Shown here: one piece after another, positions 10,855 to 21,600 of the stretch | Numbering within the stretch: position 1 is the stretch's first letter | Layout: every line of letters starts with the position of its first letter | Position numbers and translations under genes: made by a program | Assembly: GCA_965235115.1 (NCBI GenBank) | Contig: OZ249444.1 | Span: 17,236,001 to 17,300,000, forward strand | Direction: 5' to 3' | Origin: Laetmonice hystrix | Lineage: Eukaryota | Length of the DNA: 64,000 bases | Notes under the pieces: generated by a model | What the model was told of the DNA's origin: nothing | The model's database searches: none | Seen by the model: only the letters and a program-made list of their open reading frames with translations

Positions 10855-13182
10855 AGCGTCTTTCTGTCCGGTCTCTCAGAGGGTGTGAGTTAGGGTGGCA
10901 GGCTGGAGTCTGGTTGGTAGGCCTACGGGTTGAAGAGGCTATTGTTCTGGCAGCGATCAGACCGGTTCTGGTTGTGTGCTATACAGCAGAGTATAGCATG
11001 CTCTACTTATATAGAAAGTGACGGTCTGTCCTAACTTCCTTGTTTAACTGTTCCACGCGTAAAATTCCCATGACATTTGTACAACATAACATGAGCAAAA
11101 ACTGCCGAACTTTCCCCCCTCCCTCGCTTTGCGTAACTCCTTAATTAATGCGAGGACTTGACAGTATGCATGAGGGCTAAAACCTCGATTTCTTTTTAAG
11201 GATCCACATTATAACGTAACTTTAGTGAAAGGGTGTATTCAAAATGGATTCGACGATTTTTCACATTACCCTCTATGACTACTGGGATGGTTTAGCTACT
11301 TAATCATTTTCAAAAGTATAGAAAATGTAGAACACTGGACTTTCCAATGGTATACGAGATCTGTACATGATAAACATGACGTAATCTTTCCAGCAGGATG
11401 AAAAGGGTCAGAATTTGGTGTCATTTCCCCCTTTCTTTCTTTTCTCACAGAGATTTCTGATTAGATCATGTAGGATCCCCTTTGGTCAGATACCCTCTTG
11501 CCCCCCCCCCCCCCCGCCATATCTTAAAAATGGACCCGCCTCTATTGTGTGTGGTGTGGGGGTTGGGGTGGTGGTGGTGGGTGGTTTTACATTATGTCGA
11601 CATCTCAGGCCATCTTCTCGTCGGAAACAACAATGTCTGACTACTGCTGATCGGTAGGCCTATATGTACACAGAGTGAAGCGTCAATAATAGATACCGCC
11701 GGAAATTAATATGTAGACTACAAACATCCTATAGATTTAGATCTTCCTTACATGGAAATGGTGGCAGAGGCCATGACAGCAAGTGGCTTGCCCAGCAGGA
11801 CTCATTAGTTTGTTCATATGTTTGAATATATTAACGATAGGGAGCAGATACTGAGTCAGGCTGACCTCTCATACTGTTTGTTCACGGCTTATTCCTGTCA
11901 GATAACAGCTCACGAGGGGTTGAGGCGCAAACAGCTCATCATTAAATATTGTCTGATAAATAACGTAAGCATCCAGATATGACGTATTGCGATCCCGCCA
12001 TCCCGTTCCCTTGGAGCCGCAAGTAGCTAGCTTAGCCGGCCCTCACCTGCTTCAAATTTACTTTACTTAATAACGGCCTTGAATATTCCTATCAGATTAT
12101 TCTTGGGAAAGAAATATCCGTGAAACTCGAGGGGGGAAATTTTAAACGCATTTTATTTTACGATGTACGAATATTACGTTATTGTCAAGTGACGTTACTA
12201 ATGCTAATTCCCAGCCTCACACTGCTCCCGCCGGAATAATCACTTCTGACCACACATAACAATAACACATTCATATATTCAAAATATATTTTTTTATTGT
12301 TGAACACAAGTATGTTACACATCTACAGCGTTACTCACACAGACTCGTGAAGTTGTAGATTGCATCAAAGGTTGTGATTACTACTGCGTTACTAATAGTG
12401 TTTCACGTTTGACAGATCATAACGAAGAGCTGCTTGTCGTATTATATATTCTCCAGACTTTGTGGGTTCAGATGGAGGCGACAGGCGAATCTAGCAGTCG
12501 GGTCACTAGGTTAAACTGACAAAGTCGCTCATCCGATTTAAAACGTACGCGTCCTGGACGACTGCATATTTAGGAAGATCACGCCTGAGAATCAATGGCA
12601 TGTCGAACCCGAAAAATACGAGTTTCAGCTTTTGAAATTAGTCAAGTTCACTGAGAGCGACTTTGATCGCCAGCAGACCAATTTTATTTTGTAAGAAATC
12701 TCGGCCAGAAGCATCCTTATCTGTACGGACTTATCCAATTGGTAATGATTTTTGAATGTCATATTTCCGTTAAGGCGACTTTGATTGGGGCGCGAGGGGT
12801 GTGCTTTGGGCTTGATGTCACAATTCTTTTACTGTCCGGCAACCTGGTAGGATACACCTCTACTAAGCTTCATTTACCGTACAAACATTTCACCATATCA
12901 AACAATGCTTTCTGGTTTTATAATAAACGCCTGAAATCCATTTTGTCAGATCATTTTACTTCTGCTGCTTTGTGTTTTCTGTTACAACGCTCATCTCACT
13001 GCAAAAAGGAAGTGTACTTCATGGTTTTATGCTGGCATTATGACGATGATACTAAGTCAATGTGATTACAACTCGGGTAGACATGACAAAGAATTATATA
13101 TCTCCAGTCCCGGTCCTGGGTGGTACAACGGAGACAACAATACAAATCAAAGATGAAGACTGTCCTTCCCACACAGCTTGTG

Positions 13183-16100
13183 TCAGTTTTCTGCATCAGC
13201 AAATTGCTCTGACTCGTCCGCATCCATCCCTTCTGGAAATACACAAAACCATCCAACTTTAACCAAATGTCACTCACATTCTTAGCGTCTATAGCCTCGA
13301 CAAGGTGCCATTGTGTTGTTTAATTGTTTAACTTTAAGCCCCCATCTAGATCTAAAGATCTAATCCCCCCACCCCGCTTGTAAAATTCTGGATCTTTCTG
13401 GAAGTGAGAGGATGGGTGGTACCTTGATTTGTGCTCCCGTTAGTAGGTCTGGGTCCGTCACCAATAAAAATATTCTCCAGGTGTCGCAGCGTGGCTTGGC
13501 CTTGAGGGGTCAATTCCACTTCCCCCTCTGCATCCTCGAAACAGTCGCCGTCTCCTCCCTCTTCATCTGGAATGATCATTCATGACACAGGGCACAAATT
13601 AAGGTCTGCCACCTTCTGAGAAGATTCAATAAGAAAAGACCATGGGATTCGGATTTCAGGACCAAAAAAAAGGTTCATAGGTTAGCCAAAACATTATCAC
13701 AAAATTTGTTCACAAACCATCACAATAAAAATTTGTTTCTTGATAGATCATAATAACATAATATTTAATATAATGACATTCACAGTGCTTCACTAACATA
13801 GCTAATAGAAACATCTTTTCTTTCCAAGTATACAAGGAAGGTGTTTCATGTCCAATTCAGTCCTTACCATCTGACATGGATTCCTGGTCATCTGGATGGA
13901 GAGCCTGGCACTCACACATGGCTGCGTACATGGCTTCCACTGAAAACACAGTCCTCGTGCATTAATACACAGTCATGGCACCTAAAACACACACCTCTCC
14001 AGACAACACACATTGCCCTCCTACCTAACACACCCTCTAACACACTGTCCTAACACATATATCCTAGAAGCAAACACGCAGGCCCACTACAGTTAAACTG
14101 TTCTGCCAAAGAAACACAATATAGAGGTTTGGGAGGTACAGAACTAAGTAGACTGTTGCGTGTCATATCTTTTACAACTACATTCAATCAAACACTTACT
14201 ACCATATGTAAAGTTAAAATTCTTAAAACACATTTTTATGATACTCGGAGACCTTTGCTATAGAATGCTGACACTAATTTCTCCAATTTTTGTGTATCTC
14301 CTTGCGAAATTTGGTGGAAAATATGGATATTTCCCATTGCACTGAAAAAAAAACCCTGAGTGTCTTTTACTGCTTTGTTTTGGTTTTGGGGTCATAAGTA
14401 ACATGAAAACTATGATATTTGTACCTAATTTAGGGTATAAGATGAATAGCTTATCCATGATATGTTGGGCAACAACGAGATGGTTATATGAGAGGTAGAA
14501 GTATTTTTCACTACTTTCGGCAAATGATGGTGTTTAACCTTCCTTTTACCATGTTGTACATAATTATATGATGCAATCTGGACTATTTGGCCTATCTAGA
14601 GCCAAACAATGTGAGGTTTACTTCATAACTCCCCTTCCTCTCCGGCTCACTTTATGGTTATATATTGTGTATATAGGTATCAAACTTTATACGTCAGATT
14701 GTGCAATGCTCATGTTCAGGTGATCAATAAGTGCTGCCACCTGGCTTACATTCTATCCACAACTTTTGATTTTCTCGTGCACATTTACATAGAATGTACA
14801 ATTTTGCAAACAACGATTTTTATCCCATGACTATTAGGCCAAAAAAAAAAATAGATTCGTTTCTTGTCCCCGCGCGCGTCACCTAAAAACCCCCGCGTCA
14901 AGTCTTTTTTTTTCAAATCCGACTGCTTCATATGGTGGGCAGTGTAGCGCTGTGACAGAACGTTGCAACGGTTCTTTGGCGTTGGCGTTTTTCTGTTAGT
15001 CTTGTTGATTTTATGTGAGTTTTACACATTCTAAAACATTGAACATCATTGCATTAGTCTTTTCTTCAAGATTTATGTACCCAACAGCAAAAAAAAAGAA
15101 AGATGAAAAAAAAAAAAAAACCGCGTCACCGCACCAATTTTTTTATATGAAAGGACAAGAAACGAAACTTTTTTTTTTTTTGGCCTTATTATGAAAATGT
15201 GTAAGAAGTAAACCATGTTTATGGCATTGACACTTTAGTCAGGATTAAAGGGATCTGGGATCTGTTTCACAACCATCGTTACCCTGTCGTGCATTAAAAT
15301 CCCCATTGAAAATACATTGGTGTTAAAGATACAAAAAGCTAACAACAAGTTTTCAAATGCACCCCTATCCAATAATCTTTATTAGAATTTTTGTGGGCAC
15401 ATTCATGACTGAGATCGTTCCCCTGATTATTTCTATCCAATGAACTAGCCAGTCTCTCCCAGCCTGCTAGTACAGTTTGATGAACGTGTTCTACTTACAT
15501 GTGTTTGTCTGAGCTGGTGCAAAGCGCACCTCTGTGTATGCAGCACTATCCTCCTCTTCTTCCCCGTCAGGCTGCTGATCTGCTGGCCGGTCTGAAACAA
15601 CACACACCTTTAGGTTAGATTTTTTTTCATATCAAACACAATCCTTGATACATGAACTCGCTCAAAGCCAGGAGAGCTAAATATGCACTGAGTTAACACA
15701 TGAAATAGATAGTTTATTTCAATGTTTATCCACCCATGAAAGTGAAGACAGATATGTCTACTCCTTAATATTTATATGTGTCTACTCCTTACAAATGATA
15801 TGCGTCTACTTACAATTGATATAAATATGTCTACTCCTTACCATTGATATATATGTCTACTCCTTACCATTGATATGTCTACTCCTTACCATTGATGTCT
15901 CCTCCTTACCACTGATATATATGTCTACTCTTTACCACTGATGTCTACTCCTTACGACTGATATGTCTACTCCTTACCACTGATGTCTACTCCTTACCAC
16001 TGATATATATGTCTACTCTTTACCACTGATGTCTACTCCTTACGACTGATATGTCTACTCCTTACCATTGATGTCTACTCCTTACCACTGATATATATGT

Positions 16101-17416
16101 CTACTCTTTACCACTGATGTCTACTCCTTACGACTGATATGTCTACTCCTTACCACTGATGTCTACTCCTTACCATTGATGTCTACTCCTTACCACTGAT
16201 ATATATGTCTACTCCTTACGACTGATATGTCTACTCCTTACCACTGATGTCTACTCCTTACCATTGATGTCTACTCCTTACTATTTATATATGTCTACTC
16301 CTTACCATTGATATGTCTACTGTGATATGTCTACTTCTTAGCACTGATATGTGTCTACTCCTTACTATTGATATGTCTACTCCTTACCATTGATGTCTAC
16401 TCCTTAACATTGATATGTCTACTCCTTACCATTGATTTGTCTACTCTTTACCACTGATATACAGTATGTTGACTCCTTACTATTGATATGTCTACTCCTT
16501 ACCACTGATGTCTACTCCTTACCATTGATATGTCTACTCCTTACCATTGATATGTCTACTCCTTACCATTGATACGTCTACTCCTTACCATTGATATGTC
16601 TACTCGTTACCATTGATATGTCTACCCCTTACCACTGATATAATGTCTACTCCCTACCATCGATTATGCCATCAACCATGAGGTAGAGACATTCCTTTGG
16701 GAAATTGCTGACATCCCTGGACACAGCATGAAGAGAAATTGCAGGATACTCGAGGGAGAAGCCAAATCCACTTTCTCCCCTCCACGACACTCGACTGAAA
16801 TAAAATAAGGTAGTGACAGTCTGTGATTGAAATTGAGAACAGTGGAGGATTGGGGGGGGGGGGGGGGGGTGATAATATAAATAAGATTCTTGCACCTCTC
16901 GGCGAATGAAGTCATTTTTCATTTTTTCTGCTTGACACTTTTAGTTTTTAGTGTGCTGTACCGTGCAAGTCTACACAACGTGCGGCAGTATAATGCACTA
17001 TTTGCATTGCTACACAACTTGCGACAATTTCCTGCTACTGCTGGCCTGCTGCCTCTGCCATGACCCACCCCCCAGCCTATGTCATCAATTTCATGATTGC
17101 CTTTTAGGCTTTGATAATGATGATATTGATAATGACTGATGATAGACAGCCTTCGACTTAATTAGTTAACTTAGTTTATAGATGAAAGCCAGACTTCGTC
17201 TCGAATTTACGTTTAGGGTTTAGAACTGACGAGGTATCTGAGCGGACCAGACCTCGATATCTGTGTATTACCAGGATTAGGTTGAGTTGTCACCCACCTC
17301 TGCGCTATGTATAGCGTACCAACGCCGTACACCGAGCTGCCCACGTGCGCCTCCGTCTGTGCTTGTTGATGTTGAATTCCTTCCTCCGGAGGCGGAAAAG
17401 ACGTCAACACTACCAT
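13183..17416 (-). CDS. CLNS1A: Methylosome subunit pICln (Sm-protein assembly chaperone), ~204 aa; apparent 1-bp frameshift in last exon
   Basis: Exons (minus) 17416-17298, 16794-16658, 15591-15499, 13939-13868, 13566-13423, 13233-13183. Motifs SFPPP, GTLYIA, GFSLEYPAISLHAVSRD, LEAMYAAMCECQALHPD, LTPQGQATLRHLE and EQFADAE match pICln. The total of 616 nt is one base more than a codon multiple. Confidence 0.93.
14837..15185. mobile_element. PIF/Harbinger-type MITE, 349 bp, in CLNS1A intron 3
   Basis: TIR GGCC-A(n)...TTCGTTTCTTGTCC / GGACAAGAAACGAA...T(n)-GGCC; TTA on both flanks (14834-14836, 15186-15188). Confidence 0.8.
15751..16660. repeat. Minisatellite of ~41 units (mostly 20-26 bp) derived from the CLNS1A exon 2 donor site
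   Basis: Plus-strand unit TCTACTCCTTACCA(T/C)TGAT(AT)nG; the last unit is the true exon/intron junction. An 88-bp higher-order repeat (26+20+22+20) occurs three times in the middle. Confidence 0.95.
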
Positions 17417-18619
17417 GATAACGATTGAAATCTATCAATTTCGAGTTCGTTTATAATAAAAGCAGGAAGCACAGACCACTATCAGGATTCTTGTATCTGT
17501 GTTTCAGATCATTTAGCCGCGAAGTGTGTTGTCAAAATCGTCAAACCAATGATTAGGTGGTTATAATGTCATGCTGCCGTTGATAATTTTAAATATAAAC
17601 ATCTTTCAAGATGCTCAGCCTTTATCTGCACTATTGTGTGTCTAACAGAAGTAAATTAGGATATAAAGTCCAATGTGTCGTTGGCTTCTATCGGAGAAAT
17701 TGAGAAACTAACAAAACCATTGTTAAATCTCTACAGCTGGATCTGCATTTTGAGAACGGTGTCATGACCTAAAACTATACGTGAATTTCAGCGAATCATG
17801 CATTCACAACGTCGGCTGTGCGGAACTATTATGGGGGCGTTTTACTCTGCGTAATAATATACATTACTCTTTGTAGACTCAAAAATATACTTTGCTATCT
17901 TTTTTCATTTATGAAGTTCCAATGCATACATAGATAAGTCCTTCTTTTCAATTTTGTGTATGAGTTTGAACTAAAAAAATACACCTTTTGGGGTGCACAT
18001 TTTTCCCGTCATGATCGTGGATGTTTTCATAGTAGGATGTGCTTCGGTCGAGTTGAAGGCGAGGGGAGATAATAACAATTAATATCCCAAAAGTCTCTGT
18101 TTTATTTTGTGAGTGAGGTAACCCTTGGCCAGATTTCAATAACTGAAGAGGTTTTAGGTGAATGCTCCTCTTTCTACGTTTTCTTGCCAGGGGAAATCCT
18201 CAAATCGTTGGATATACTATGGTAGAGGAAGACCGAAGCTTCTGACAGCCGATAGCGTGTACTGTGACTGTGAGGTGGGGGACCGTGTCTGCTATACCTA
18301 TTGCACGCATTGTCATCACCGGCTGGCCTGGTGTGGAGTCTGCGGTCCCGGTCTGTCAGAGCGAGCACATCATTATTGGATCAGATCGCAGCCAGTATTA
18401 GTGACTTGGAGAATCCGACCTTGAAACCGCACATTTGCTTATTGCAAGGAAAGTGAAGTTGAACGGGAAAGTCAATGGAAAAGAAGTTGCATCGGTCTGT
18501 CAGTGTTTATGATTATCATTTGAGGGTTTGTGAGTTTGACTTGTGAGATCCACTCTTTATTCGATACGATAAAGTCACTAATTTGCTAATATAAGGACAG
18601 TAATACATTGTGAGAGAGG

Positions 18620-21600
18620 ATGACCGAAAGAGATCACCTACGTGAATGGTTTGGCTGGGCCTACGAAGGTGTAGACCACACGTTGGCTGGAAATGGCGGC
18701 GAGGAGTGCATCAATTTTATTCCAAGAAATCAGAAAATTATTGAAACTATAATCCTTTCAACCATCTCCCTTCTGGAAATTATCTTTACTTACTCAAGGA
18801 TCACTCTACCTGAGAAAATCGGCCCCCCTGAACGAGCTGGTGATAGGACTGGCAAGAAGATCCTACTCTTTATGCATGCACTTACTTTTGGAATTGAACT
18901 TGGCTTCAAATTATCAACTAAGCAGCTGATATGGATCCTGAACCCATGCCATCTAGTCACCATGATGCAGGTAAAAATTTTGCACTTTTAACAATAAAAG
19001 AATATCTTCAGTTCGTCCATATTATTGATTCTCATGATACACCAGTTGATATTTTACTTTGTAAATCATGTATTTTGATAACAGCATTAACATTATTTCT
19101 TAACATATATTCTTTTATTAGACATTCTTAGATTCTTCATCCTTAGAATCTTCCCAATCCTTGGGAGTAGAAGCCTGCTAATTGTATGGTGTCTTAAGCC
19201 AAGCTAAAATTCAAGTTTGCTGTGTAATTATGTTCCAAACTTACCAAGCCAAAAATTACGTAATGACAGGAAGTATGTTGGATCAGTTTGGCTCTTTTAT
19301 TTGCCAAACTCAGTCAAGTATACATGTGTTAAAAACATAACAATTAAGTAGGAAATATTGATTCATGTAGCCAGGGTACCTAAGTACTGTTAGTTATTTT
19401 GGTCTTATGTAAAATTGGTTGAATACTAAAATCAGCTCCAATTGCTTAATGTTGTCTTAAATTTTTATCAAATAGACCATAAGTTGTGATAAGTTGAATA
19501 GGACAGTGCACACTGCCCATGTTATGATCAAGCCCAAACACTATGTAACCTTTAGCATGTCGGTCAAGCCCTAACACTGAGTTGTTGTAGCAAGGACTTA
19601 ATTCGGTTGGATACCTATTACATAATAACGTAGGCTCATACTTAAAGGCTATCTGATACAATGAGATATGGAGTGATTTAGAGTCTGACACATTGGGCGG
19701 GCGGTAGCTGCCACCATGTGTCGGACTCCCGTGGCACTTGAACCAATCAAGTGTGAATTTTATGTGAATGGTGAATTTGGTGTAAAGGTATTCAGGGATG
19801 ATGGAACTAATTCAAAAATTGATTCAAATGGCAGACACATCATCATGGCTGACATTCCAGGAACCTTGAAAACTTGGCTCTCTGGGTGTGTTCTCTTCTG
19901 GGACTTTGTGTTTGTACTCGTAGCTGGGCCCTGTTTCTTGGTAAAGCTTGAGTCAAAATTTACTGCTAAAGCTTATGAGCCCATCTCAATGCTTATGTTT
20001 TATTTGATGCAGTACATGCCGTGAGGGCAGGTAGCCTGATCTACTCATGAGAGTACTTGAATTTTGTTTTTGAAAAGATGTTGCACTACAGACCCGAAAT
20101 GTTTGTCAACTTTAAAATAACGTTCTTCGTGAAGATATGCAAAGAATTCTCCAGGCTCCAGTTGTTCAAGAATTCTTTCTGGAAGATTTTTAAATACATC
20201 CACTCTTCAATGCCTTGTATATTTACTCTGCAGCCATGATTTTAATCTGTAGTTTGTGGAACATGATCAGGTATCATTGAAAGTGTTAAAATCCTGGGGA
20301 GATGGTTCACATCAGGTGGGTGGGTGGGAATGGTATTGACCAGTTCTGACAGTGAATGAAGCCCCTCTACAGCATCAGGATATGTCAGATGTAGGCCCTC
20401 TGTGGGCGCAGGCATATTGGCACCCTGCACTGAATAATGCACAAAGGCATGCAATTGATCACCACTCTAATTATAGACAGGTGTTTAATGATCAAGGTGG
20501 CAGCTGTGGGAGAAGTACAATGTATAGATGGTTTGAGTTGGGTTTGGGGGGGGGGGGGGCACCTGTTTTAATGCAGCACTTGGTATTTATAACTGGATGA
20601 CAAAATATTAAAACATTAACCATTGCATGCAGAAAGTTACAAGTACAGTGTATGTAAGCAGTTTAAAACTTTCATAAATTATGAACTTGTTCTGGAGTTG
20701 GCCTTGTCCCATTCACAGTTAAACAGTATTTTTTGCACAACTTAATTGGTCCGGTATATAAAATCAAATTTTAAGCTCTCATTCAAATTATATAGTTTGG
20801 CAATGTTACAATGACATTGATTTTATCAAGAGTCCTGGTCTGTTATTTATACAGTAGTTAGAAGGCAACAGATGATATTGATTTCGTATAGATCTCCTGC
20901 TGTGTGGTAACTGACCATCGACAGCTGTGTAGTTCTGCCTGTAGGGGGCCCATGTCCCCAGGCGGTCATGGGGAGGGGGGGGGGGGTCTGCCGATGTTGC
21001 AGGATAATGTTGTCATCAGTTCAGTTCTGTAGCAGGCATCTATAAAATACAGAGATTCGTGAGAAGTACTTTGAAGGGTTACGGTGTAATTTAAGAGCCA
21101 TAAGCGGATTCTCATCAGAATTGACATCATCGATATTTTAGAAGGGTGAGGGGGTGGGTTCTCCACCAGAAGAAATTGCTATCTCCAGGAAATGGTTGAA
21201 TGTGGCCCTGGATGTTCTTTATGATTCCCAACATTGAGTAAACCACATAGATCTTCTTACTAGGTCTTAGTTCTGGATTTAAATTTTTGTATTTTAACCC
21301 AGTTAAGTTTGTCTGCTTACATGATCGTGCACAACCTATATTATATTGTAGTGTGAACAAATTTTACTACAGTCCAGGTGAAAGTGTTGATTGTATAAAT
21401 TAGAGACTGCAGCTAGTTTGTTCAAGATGGTTTAGGGTGGTACCTTTTAAAACCAATCCCAGTAGGTCCCATGACTAAACAAATTTGAAATTTTAATTCT
21501 CTCGCCCTAAATCTGACTGAAATACTGTCGACAGGGCGTAACACCCCTGCAGCACACACTGACTGGGCGAACAGTGGAGCAGAAAACCGGGTCAAATGGT

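Noticed and set aside
13278-13288. 11-nt microexon (ACGCTAAGAAT) that would repair the CLNS1A last-exon frame
   Set aside because: It has AG/GT flanks and the right phase, but the following intron would be only 44 nt and the peptide (DAKNKGWMP) is less pICln-like than the 1-bp-indel solution. It cannot be excluded without RNA reads.
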